DNA of 64,000 bases from Williopsis jadinii (lineage: Eukaryota). Shown in pieces: positions 44,934 to 54,417 of the stretch (the first letter of the stretch is position 1; every line of letters starts with the position of its first letter). Position numbers and translations under genes: made by a program. Under the pieces are notes generated by a model that searched no databases, was not told the DNA's origin, and worked only from the letters and a program-made list of their open reading frames with translations. The stretch is from positions 806,001-870,000 of the forward strand of contig AP024666.1 of NCBI GenBank assembly GCA_024346625.1. Direction: 5' to 3'.

Positions 44934-47546
44934 TCAGTTTGGAGCTTCAACAACCCACAAGTTCTTCAAAATCTTGCTCTCCCTCATTGGTCTGAGGAAA
45001 AAGACCAAAAACACCAAAATGATAATACTTCCAACAAGTTTAATCTTATCGAAACTAGAAGTCAATTTGTCAAATTGTGATGAAGGAGACACTCTGGTAC
45101 AGAATACGTCAAGACCATATGAGCAAACAATACTCGTACTCTCCAGGTTAGTAGCCATAGAAACAATGGTTTCTTGTCCAAGGACTTGTCTCTTGTGTGA
45201 AATAACACTCTGATCATCAATGCTTATCACTGGGTCGTATGGCAAAAGTCTGAACTGGGCCTTTTCCTCGTTGGTTAATTCACGTCCAAAAACACGTCTG
45301 GAGTTCAGGATGAATTTCGGTACAAGAAGAAGTTGACCGTTTTCTAAACTGAATACCACAGCTTTGGTAGTGACCCCGAAACGAGTCTTGGTAATAGCCA
45401 ACGTGCTAACCTTTACGGGTAGGATAAACGACTTTGTAGAGATTGCAGGTGGATGACGTGCTCCAAACGACGATTCAGAGTCCTTAGAGAGTCTGGTATT
45501 TGGAACCAAGGACTCAAACAGATCAATTACCACAACTTGTTGCTCTGGTGTCGGTTTGTTACTGTAAAATGTGTAAACAACCCAGTGCTCGCCAAAAACA
45601 ACAGACACACTATCACCAAGAACATCAGTATCATGCACAACTGAATGCAACAGTTCACCAGTCAAAGTATCGATGATATTCAAATAGAGAGCCTTTGTGT
45701 TGTTATTCCAAACAGCTACTGCAGCAAGATTTGGGTACAAGTATTTGTACAGTACGCTTCTGTCCCCAAGAACAATTCCAATGTTCGCAACTAGTTCTTC
45801 AGTGTTCTTTTCAGAGTATCCCACAATAATTTCATGTGGCTTAGTAATGAAAGTCCACGAAGGCTTGATAGAATCTTCCACTATCTTAAAACCTTTGATA
45901 GTGTGGGCATCGTGGCTTGTGGTGTAGGACGTCCCATTATTGTGTCCAGCCACTACATTCAAACCTTCTGAAGTTTCAACTAAAAGTGACTTATCATGGA
46001 GCCTTTTGATGGAAGAAGAAGGTGCAAGCAGCTCTTTGCTGATGAGCTCTCCAGTCTTTGAGTCGAGGATAAATAATGGACCTGATTTAGTGAAGATGTA
46101 CAGTTGGCCATCATCAAATATTTCCATCTGGTAGATATCTCTTTGTTCGGTACTGAAGACCCAAACTTTTTCACCGTTAACTGAGTTAAGGGCAGTCACA
46201 TACCCTCTGTTATTAGCCAAAATGAGTATTTTCTCAAACCCAAAGTATTTGTCGTTGTTAATTGTTGGGAAAGTCCACTCACCGGTTGTCCACAATGGAA
46301 GGATTTGCCAAAATCGTTCGTACAAGGCCCTTAATTCTTGGTAATGACGGATAATTCTGCTGAAATAAGCTTCCCAGATAGGTAACACTTCCTCCTGAAT
46401 CAACTCATCTCCTGTCAATGAACCCTCGACTTCAATATCCAGGATTGCATGTGCCACCGAGTCTGAGAGTGAGAAATCCCTTCTCCAAAATGATTTGGCA
46501 TTTCTCAAAAACTCCAACTCTCCACTCTTGTACTGAATCAATGTATAAATTCTATCAACTCCGTCTGTTTTCGTGTGGATGGCCTCAATCTCGTCAAATT
46601 CCAACTTGTGATCGCCTAATTGATGGCTTACAATCTCATCTCCAGTATCAGCATCGATAACATTTGCATGGTATTCCGTATGCATGACAAATACTCCATC
46701 AACGAATTGGAAGTCATATCTGTAAACGTTCGGAATAACGAATTGCTCCTCGGCCTCGATGGAATGCACTTTGAGATCATTCCCATGTTGGAAAGCCAGT
46801 AACGACGTAGAGTCAATATTGATGAGGGAGTCAACTTGAGGTAATTCAACACCTGAGTAGTGCTCTCCGGTTTTTTGGTTGATTCTATAACAATGGTGCT
46901 TTCCATTGGTTCCAACAATGATCTTTGACCCATATATCCCTCTGACATCTCGCGTCTTCAGTGAGATAGGAGATTGAACAATTTCTGAGCCATTGTAGAA
47001 CGCATACGATGAGTTTCCCAACGCATCATGGATATGAACAACAATGTTCCCGTTGTCGAAAACATGGAGCTGATCAACTTCTCCCTTGACACTGCCCACT
47101 GAGGTGGTATCACCTTGAGAGTTCAGAAGAAATACAGACCCGTCTTCCAATATCACCACCAAGTCCTCCGATCTTGCAGCCAATGCCACTGTCGGCTGTG
47201 TGAACGTGCCAACCTCCTTCACTAGGAACCCACTCTCCTGGTCCCAGATGCTCACAGTGCTAGAACCGTCAGCGTTGTTAACCGCTGTGGCAATCTGTTC
47301 CTTAAAATCAACAGCCTCGGCCTTGCCACCAAGCAGAATCCTCCATTGCACTTGACCCATGTAGAGACCAGCTAACACATTGTCATCGGTAACCACGTGT
47401 ATTCTGTCATTAGCCAGCCTCGACGTCAGCACAGTGTTTACATGGCCAATCTGAGGCAAGTGCCAATCCACTTTGAACGCCTCGTCATCCCACACAGCCA
47501 GGCATACAGACGCTAGAAACGTCAGCATCCACACTACTGATACCAT
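44934..47546 (-). CDS. EMC1: ER membrane complex subunit 1
   Basis: Signal peptide then DEAFKVDWH; C-terminal VLGDRSVLYKYLYPN, LESTSIVCSYGLDVF, PSSQFDKL and a terminal TM helix. Confidence 0.93.
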   Translation of the reverse strand: MVSVVWMLTFLASVCLAVWDDEAFKVDWHLPQIGHVNTVLTSRLANDRIHVVTDDNVLAGLYMGQVQWRILLGGKAEAVDFKEQIATAVNNADGSSTVSIWDQESGFLVKEVGTFTQPTVALAARSEDLVVILEDGSVFLLNSQGDTTSVGSVKGEVDQLHVFDNGNIVVHIHDALGNSSYAFYNGSEIVQSPISLKTRDVRGIYGSKIIVGTNGKHHCYRINQKTGEHYSGVELPQVDSLINIDSTSLLAFQHGNDLKVHSIEAEEQFVIPNVYRYDFQFVDGVFVMHTEYHANVIDADTGDEIVSHQLGDHKLEFDEIEAIHTKTDGVDRIYTLIQYKSGELEFLRNAKSFWRRDFSLSDSVAHAILDIEVEGSLTGDELIQEEVLPIWEAYFSRIIRHYQELRALYERFWQILPLWTTGEWTFPTINNDKYFGFEKILILANNRGYVTALNSVNGEKVWVFSTEQRDIYQMEIFDDGQLYIFTKSGPLFILDSKTGELISKELLAPSSSIKRLHDKSLLVETSEGLNVVAGHNNGTSYTTSHDAHTIKGFKIVEDSIKPSWTFITKPHEIIVGYSEKNTEELVANIGIVLGDRSVLYKYLYPNLAAVAVWNNNTKALYLNIIDTLTGELLHSVVHDTDVLGDSVSVVFGEHWVVYTFYSNKPTPEQQVVVIDLFESLVPNTRLSKDSESSFGARHPPAISTKSFILPVKVSTLAITKTRFGVTTKAVVFSLENGQLLLVPKFILNSRRVFGRELTNEEKAQFRLLPYDPVISIDDQSVISHKRQVLGQETIVSMATNLESTSIVCSYGLDVFCTRVSPSSQFDKLTSSFDKIKLVGSIIILVFLVFFLRPMRESKILKNLWVVEAPN

Positions 47547-47865
47547 TGTTCCTGAGTGTGTCTGTTCAATTGCTCCCTGTTTTGCTTCCTGTTGAAATGG
47601 TGAAGAATTAGAGGGAAAAACCTTTCTTATGGAAGGTCCCCTTTGGGCGCAGGCGGAGGTAACCTGGTTCCTGGGACGGGGGCAACATCAACACTCACCA
47701 CAACGAGCTGAGATGAGCTTGGACGAGAGGGTACTTCATTTTACACGGGTTCTTGTTTTCAATGATCATTGCTATTTACCATTGTATGCTTATATACACG
47801 CAGAGATGTTCACTATGTGTTTGGTTACCATTTTGGCGCAGGCTGTTCATAGTGCCCGTGGTGAT

Positions 47866-48708
47866 TCATGATGTTGTGCTTTCTTGCACCACGTCGTCTG
47901 CCTTTATGTCCACTGATGCTGGGATAAACCTCACCAAGATGTTGGCATCGTTGGCCAGCACGTTCCAGGGATCATTGAGATCCCATATCTCGTAGAAGTC
48001 CGAGTTTTCCTCTGATTGGTACTCTTCCGGTATCACTACTTGGTGTTTGGGGTTGTGCAGCTCTCTGAGAGCCACCTTTGATTGGTGTAGAGGGCGGTTT
48101 CTCTCAAAGGTGTTGTGCTGCAGCTGCTCCAAGATTTCGCTCTGTCTTCTGGTGTTCTGCTCCTTGATGTGATTATATCCCATTTTGATCTCTGGGCTCC
48201 CCACCAACGCTGTAGACTGTCTATCCAAGTTCTCCTCTTGGTCCAGAATCCAAACATCCATCTTTTCGTTCCATTCGGCCAAACTCATCGGCTTCTGGTC
48301 CAATGGACCAAACCACCAGTTCGGTTTCTTCCCCTGCGCAATGGCACTCTCTCTTGCACGTTTTGCCTCATCGTACCAAGGATCATACGGTAGTAGAAGA
48401 CGAGATACCTCGAGTCCCGAGTTGAATAGAACGTACGAACCACCGATTGCGTTCGCACCTTTAGTCACCCTCCCCCAGAATGACGTATCTCTCCACCTCA
48501 TACGTACCGTACGGAACATCGTGATGCCGATGAGAGTCTGCAACGCTGTCAAGCTGTACAGCGCAGTCAAGTTGTCAGATGCTGGAACAAAGGGCCCCCA
48601 TATCTTCAACCCGAAGCTTGGACGCTGGTAGAAAACAACCTTTTCCACGCCAGGTATACCTGAGCCTTCATTGCTATCTCCAGAATCTCTCGGATTGTAA
48701 AGTCCCAT
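47866..48708 (-). CDS. MGR1: i-AAA protease adaptor Mgr1
   Basis: RPSFGLKIWGPFVPASDN, GLEVSRLLLPYDPWYDEA and WWFGP motifs; adjacent to EMC1 as for YCL044C/YCL045C. Confidence 0.88.
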   Translation of the reverse strand: MGLYNPRDSGDSNEGSGIPGVEKVVFYQRPSFGLKIWGPFVPASDNLTALYSLTALQTLIGITMFRTVRMRWRDTSFWGRVTKGANAIGGSYVLFNSGLEVSRLLLPYDPWYDEAKRARESAIAQGKKPNWWFGPLDQKPMSLAEWNEKMDVWILDQEENLDRQSTALVGSPEIKMGYNHIKEQNTRRQSEILEQLQHNTFERNRPLHQSKVALRELHNPKHQVVIPEEYQSEENSDFYEIWDLNDPWNVLANDANILVRFIPASVDIKADDVVQESTTS

Positions 48709-49118
48709 TGGTTTATTCTCGCTTATGGACTCAAACCAGTTCTCAAATCACTCGCTCGTGGTGAATGGGCCGTAGGTTCATCGCCGCTGCTAACAAAGAA
48801 AGCGAAAATAAGCGGTGGGACACAAATGCGGTTCTGGTAGGGGAAGCACGTACACATCCGAACACCCCCATCCACTACCCTACAATCACTGGTGATATGG
48901 GCTCATCGCCCTATTGTTCTCACCTCTGACCTACGGTGATCATTACTGTTTGAAACGACAATCTTGAGGTGATTATGTGCTTCGAGTGAGATGATTGTAA
49001 CACGAGTGAGATGGTTGTGACCCAAGTGAGAACAATATGGTTATAAAAGAGCGAGGTGTCACCCCTGGTCCCATTAGACCTCTGTGATGTGGGAGTTAAG
49101 TATACACTGTATAAATCA

Positions 49119-50678
49119 ATGAGAATGGACTCGAGCAAAGACACTTCCGCAAGATATAACGTCTTAACAACATCAAGTGGCTCTTTAAATAAGACCCAAG
49201 AGGAAGCACCTTCCTCTGACTGCACCGAACACTCCCTGTGGGCATACCGTAAGGCGATAGCCTACTGCTTCTCCACGGCGTTTACCGGTTTCATCTTTGG
49301 TTGGGATGTTGGTACTATTGGAGGTCTCACTAACTTGGAGAGTTTTAAACAGTCGTTTGGATATTTGAATTCGGACAACGTCTGGACAATTGACTCGCTT
49401 GTCTCTGGGCTGATAATCTCCGTGTTCAACATTGGTTGTGCCTTTGGCGGCTTAACCCTCTCCAAGGCGGCTGATAGATGGGGTAGGAAGATGTGCCTTT
49501 ACCTGTCTCTTGCTATCTATTCCGTTGGAGTTGTCGTCCAGTGGTGTTCGGTATTTAGTGGTGCCTGGTACCAATTCATGGTGGGTCGTATCATCACAGG
49601 CATTGCTGTAGGAGCTTCAAGTGTTGTTGCTCCAATGTTCATCTCTGAGTCTTCCCCAACGGTTATTCGTGGTTCTATGGTTGCACTGTACCAGCTGATG
49701 ATCACATGTGGTATTCTGATGGGTAATATTGCAGATTATTCCGTGAAGAAATACATGGCTGGCAACATCCAATGGCTCACCCCTGTCTGGCTCTGCCACG
49801 TTTGGTCTGTGCTTGTGATGCTTGGTTTGTTCCTGATGCCAGAGTCTCCAGTGTATTACGTATCTAAGGCTCGTTACAACGATGCCTCAAGATCACTCTC
49901 ACTTTTGAACAGCAAACCTGTTGACTCTGATTTCGTTCACTCTGAGGTTGAAAAGATTGTTGAAAACCAATCGCATATCATTAGTGCTCAAAGGGACTCT
50001 CTATGGTACGACGTCTTTGTTGGAAAGTCGAACCTGAAGCGTTTGTTCATTGGCGTGGCTGTCATGATTTTCCAGCAGTTCTCCGGTGCTAACTATTTCT
50101 TCTATTATGGTACTTCTTTGTTTGCCTCTGTCGGACTCTCGAACTCCTATATCACAGCCATGATCCTTGGTGGAGTCAACTTTGCATCAACGTTCTTTGG
50201 AATTTATACCGTGGAGAAACTTGGTCGTAAATCCACACTTTTGACTGGAAGTATTGGCATGTTCCTGTGTATGATCACATATACAGCTTTGGGTTCATTT
50301 GCACTCAAAGATTCCAATGGGGAAGAGACAAAATCTATCGGGTTCCTTATGATTGTATTCACATGTGTCTACATCTTTTTCTTTGCCACAACTTGGGGTC
50401 CAGGTGCCTTTGTTGTTGTTTCTGAGTTGTACAACGTTAGAACCCGTGCAATTGCTATTGCTATTGCAACCAGTTGTAACTGGTTTTCGAACTTTCTGAT
50501 CTCATTTTCCACACCCATGATCACAGGGGAGATAGGCTACAAACTTGGCTTTGTTTTTAGCGGATGTTTGGCTGTCAGTGCTATTTTCGTTTGGAATCTT
50601 GTTCCAGAGACCAAAGGTTTGAGAATCGAGCAAGTTGACCTGCTCTTCGAAGATGAAGATGACTCAAGCAAGCTCTGA
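49119..50678 (+). CDS. MFS sugar porter (hexose-transporter-like)
   Basis: GFIFGWDVGT, ADRWGRK, PMFISESSP, PESP, FQQFSGANYFFYYG and VPETKG motifs; about 12 hydrophobic segments. Confidence 0.92.
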   Translation: MRMDSSKDTSARYNVLTTSSGSLNKTQEEAPSSDCTEHSLWAYRKAIAYCFSTAFTGFIFGWDVGTIGGLTNLESFKQSFGYLNSDNVWTIDSLVSGLIISVFNIGCAFGGLTLSKAADRWGRKMCLYLSLAIYSVGVVVQWCSVFSGAWYQFMVGRIITGIAVGASSVVAPMFISESSPTVIRGSMVALYQLMITCGILMGNIADYSVKKYMAGNIQWLTPVWLCHVWSVLVMLGLFLMPESPVYYVSKARYNDASRSLSLLNSKPVDSDFVHSEVEKIVENQSHIISAQRDSLWYDVFVGKSNLKRLFIGVAVMIFQQFSGANYFFYYGTSLFASVGLSNSYITAMILGGVNFASTFFGIYTVEKLGRKSTLLTGSIGMFLCMITYTALGSFALKDSNGEETKSIGFLMIVFTCVYIFFFATTWGPGAFVVVSELYNVRTRAIAIAIATSCNWFSNFLISFSTPMITGEIGYKLGFVFSGCLAVSAIFVWNLVPETKGLRIEQVDLLFEDEDDSSKL

Positions 50679-51045
50679 ATTGCATTTTGCTGTACAAGTT
50701 CGACATCCAATGCCTGGCCAGGCACAAACTTCTTGCTCCTGGGACTATATTTCTACTCTACACCATGAGTGATATGCACATATGTCTTGACAAGGTGTGT
50801 GCAACTTTACAAACTGCAGCTAACCTCTGTTATGAAATGTACAGCCCGGAGGATTGCGTAGAAATTGTGTACCTTGCTAATTGCTTGATTTTAAGCACCG
50901 ATGTCTCCTTGAGTCATCAAAGGAAAAAGGTCTTATCGGGCCTGAACGGCACTCTGCATCTTTTGGCACCTCCAATAAATGTATGGCTACAACAGAACAG
51001 TGTAGGAGTAAGTGCGAAATAGATTGAAATCGTTGAAGAGTAGAG

Positions 51046-52020
51046 TCATTTAAAAGAGAGTTTGTCCAAGTGTCTCAATGCCATATCGTCATCACGGTGA
51101 AGTCTCATCTTCCTTTGAGCCAAGATTGACAGTTCAACCTGTGCAACAACACCAGGTGAGCCATGTTGATGATAATTCCCGGGCGTTGGCGTAGAAATCG
51201 ACAAAGGCGGCAGCTGCAGAAGAGGCAGTGACACCATAGTTCTAGGTATCACGTGTAAATTAGAATTAGAGTATGCTGAAGTGTTTTCCAACGCGTTCTT
51301 TTGGTGGTGGTGTTGTTGTTGTTGTTTTGTTTGCGGCTGTTGCTGTTCTGCGGAAGCCGCGCTGTCGCTTGTTATAGCCGACGCTGGTTGTGGCAACGAT
51401 AATGGAGATTCCGGAGATGTCGAATTCAACGGCGAAGACACTGGGGAATTCGAAGATACCGAAGAAAGTGAGGATACAGATGAAACAGACGACCTTGTGT
51501 TGCCCACATATCTGCATGCCCTGGATTGTGAGAATGTTGAGAAGGACATCGAAATGAGGCTATCGGCCTGTGGATATATGCTTTGCGGTATCACGATGTC
51601 TTTGAGCTTTGGATCCTTTGTTGGATACCTGTTGTGGAACTTTGCAGCGCTAAAGTTCTTCGTCGTTGTGTATGCAATAAGATGAAGCTTGTCACCTTGC
51701 ATTGTAGTTATACTGAAGCTTTGTTTGATGAATCCATCCGCCTTGTATTTGAAACTTGAGCAGATATCCTCCTTTGTCTCCATCTCTCTGTATGTGAGGA
51801 AAGAACCAGTTACTCTTGAGGCGCTCCATGAGCGACCATCCGTCCAGCGGCGCATCTTTGCCTCTCTTTCATTCCAAATGTACACATGTCCTGGTTGAAT
51901 ACGTCTACGGTCTTCTTCTTTCAATCTTCGCTTGATACGTGGTATATATCCTAGGCGTGAAGCCTCCAAAAGTATAAGAGCATCGTGGGCGGTCTGCACA
52001 ACACCGGTATACGACTCCAT
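51046..52020 (-). CDS. Gti1/Pac2 (WOPR) family transcriptional regulator, Pac2/Pth2 subgroup
   Basis: DALILLEASRLG, RRWTDGRSWSASRVTGSFLTYREME and KQSFSI...HLIAY motifs; S-rich and Q/H-rich tail. Confidence 0.9.
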   Translation of the reverse strand: MESYTGVVQTAHDALILLEASRLGYIPRIKRRLKEEDRRRIQPGHVYIWNEREAKMRRWTDGRSWSASRVTGSFLTYREMETKEDICSSFKYKADGFIKQSFSITTMQGDKLHLIAYTTTKNFSAAKFHNRYPTKDPKLKDIVIPQSIYPQADSLISMSFSTFSQSRACRYVGNTRSSVSSVSSLSSVSSNSPVSSPLNSTSPESPLSLPQPASAITSDSAASAEQQQPQTKQQQQHHHQKNALENTSAYSNSNLHVIPRTMVSLPLLQLPPLSISTPTPGNYHQHGSPGVVAQVELSILAQRKMRLHRDDDMALRHLDKLSFK

Positions 52021-52563
52021 TTTCTGATGTGACTCGCTAAGCGTCTTTAAACCAAGAAGTGAGTGTATACGAGATAATAACAAACCAGGGACATATTGCT
52101 GTATTTATATAGACCTGCCCCCTCTTCCAAGAGTTTTGAAAAGAACAGAGACTCAGGTTACTTCCTCAGCTGCACTAAAAAAACACGTCAAGAAAATGAG
52201 CAAGTTCTCTCCATGCAAACTGCAAGTTGTAAGTCAAACTTCAACGCCGATAACTCAGAATTTTATTTTGTCCTTTGTTTTGGGGGGGAAGAGGCTGAAG
52301 CTGTGGGAAAAGGAAAAGGGGAACCCAATGCAGTGGCTCCCTCCTTCCTCACCCACGCAAGCCGCTACCCAATGTGTTTACCGGCTAAATAAAGAAGCTT
52401 AAAAAGCGGAAAAGGTCGATTTGGTAACGGGAAGCTGAACGGAAAATTAAGCATGACACTGGTTACGCAAATAAGCGAGCTTTTTTTCCGAAAATTTTTG
52501 TTTCAAAAATATGCTTTGTTGTGACATAATCAGTTGGCGGCCGGAGTCAAAACAATACCGGAA

Positions 52564-52644
52564 GGGTTCGGGTGTGCTCTAAACGAGGCTCGGGTCGGGT
52601 GTGCGCTAAACGAATCCCGGGTCGGGTGTGCTCTAAACGAGATT
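52564..52644. repeat. 27-bp GC-rich tandem repeat x3
   Basis: Consensus cgggtcgggtgtgctctaaacgaNNNN at 52564, 52591 and 52618. Confidence 0.95.
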
Positions 52645-52796
52645 CGAAATCGGTTTGATTACATAATAATAAATTATTTTGTTCGTTTTTAAATTTCTTT
52701 TTATTTTAGGTTTTATAAAATTGCATAAAACTATAAATAAAGAATGCATTGCAGGATGCAGGAAGATGTAAGAGTGCAAATGAGGCGAAAATGAAA

Positions 52797-52893
52797 CCTG
52801 AAATGGAAAGAAAGCCCGAAATGGAAAGAAAGCCTGAAATGGAAAGAAAGCCTGAAATGAAAAAGATAAACTTACCAGAAACTTACCAGAAAC
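52797..52893. repeat. 18-bp tandem repeat x3.5 followed by an 11-bp repeat x2
   Basis: cctgaaatggaaagaaag at 52797, 52815, 52833 and partial 52851; aaacttaccag at 52868 and 52879. Confidence 0.95.
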
Positions 52894-53021
52894 CAACCAA
52901 TATCACGTGACCAGCAAAAAAAAACAAAATGGATCATGCTAATAAGCCAATTCGAGAGAAAGAACAACAAGGGATATCAGACCAGTGTAATGGCTATCAT
53001 GTGAAGGCACCCAACAACCAT

Positions 53022-53233
53022 CTGTTGTCATTTGTATAAGTGCGTTAGTAGTGTTCATCTTCCAATCCCCCATCCCTTATCCTCAATTCGACATACCTAG
53101 TAACTCGTTTGATCAGTAGCTTTTCTGCTTTTCCCAGCCCAATCATTGCCTTCGATTTTCGTTAGTGGTAGAGGTGACTCTTCGTGGTAAGAACAGGTGT
53201 TCCTTGAGTCGATTGTACTGGTTGAGTACATAC
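53022..53233 (-). other. Two consecutive predicted spliceosomal introns with no long ORF (spliced lncRNA, leader or relic gene)
   Basis: Intron A: GTATGT 53233, CACTAAC 53167-53161, AAG 53150 or CAG 53125. Intron B: AG|GTATGT 53096, TACTAAC 53050-53044, CAG 53022. Confidence 0.6.
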
Positions 53234-54417
53234 AACCAAGTACTATAGGAGGATAGCATCAAGCATGCTTAATTGTTTCAAGCCAAAGCTCCTTGAAGTA
53301 AACTTGTTCCCATGGAGTGATTAGAAGGAAGGAAGGGAAAACATTTTTGAAAGATTGGGAGCTACTTTTATACCCTTTGGCCACGGAGGACAGGTGGTAT
53401 GGCAACTTAGGTGGATATGGCGACTTGGGTAGCATCGTCCAATCATTTCTTTACTTGTTTACTTGCTTGCTTGTTTACGAGCGTTTGTTTACAAATTGTA
53501 CGTTTTAAGAACTTGTTTTACGGAATCGACGCACCTTTCTAGGACATTGCGTTGATCCATGCAGCGAGGCGTTCCCAATTTGGTTGTCTGAAAGCTAGAT
53601 CATAGCGAATCACCATACCGAAGCCGCTACAGATCAACTTGTTAAACGTGATATCCTAGACCGTCTTATAGCTTTGAATCTATCAGTGATAGTTCATAAC
53701 CATTGAAGAACTTGATGGGCTTTAAATTAGCACCTTGGTTGGGTGCTTTAATTGTTTGTTTTGGGCATTTTACAACACAAATAGCTCTTTAACTTTTCTG
53801 ATATATAATGGACGTGCTTTTCTTAAGTAAATATTCAAATCTCGCCAAACAAAATTCTTAAAAACACAAAGACAAATCTAACTTTAGTATATTATAGACC
53901 ATGAGTTTAGTGTTTAATGCATTAACTGTGTCAGTTTATTGTTACAATGTCTTCTTTTAAGAGGAACAAGTAGACTATTATGTGTTGAGTGAGAGATTCC
54001 TCAGCTGCCCCCACCATATAGTTTTGCCACTTTGCACAGAGCAGTGGCATCCAGTACTGTCTACACATATCACCACGACAACAGAGACATCCAGGCTGCT
54101 GCAAGACGCGCTTTTTTTGAGGTTGAGCGCCAATCTCGAAACAAGAACGCGTTTTCTTAGTGAAGAGAAAGATTGCTATAGGTATACCATGGGACAAGTT
54201 TCGGTCTACATACTACATCAGTACGATTGTAACACACAAGCTCCGTCTAGCTGGGACCTGTTTATTCCTCTTAGCCGTAAACTGGAAATTCTAAAACTCT
54301 AAATTGAGATCTCACGACTCGGATCGCCAACGAAAACTTCCAGCAATTTCTCAATGAAGTCTTCCAAGAAGTTACTTCATTTGCAACTTACAACTAAACA
54401 AGCCTCAACAATCACAG

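Noticed and set aside
52564..52644. 27-bp repeats as a CRISPR array or interstitial telomere
   Set aside because: Head-to-tail repeats without unique spacers in a eukaryote. Telomeric identity cannot be supported without knowing the species repeat.
52633..52896. 87-aa ORF with FQAFFP repeats
   Set aside because: It is just the translation of the 18-bp repeat and the AT tract; no coding features.
52645..52912. Bona fide S. cerevisiae-type point centromere
   Set aside because: CDEI is ~160 bp from the AT tract and the CDEIII-like sequence lacks TTCCGAA and the correct spacing; kept only as a loose resemblance.
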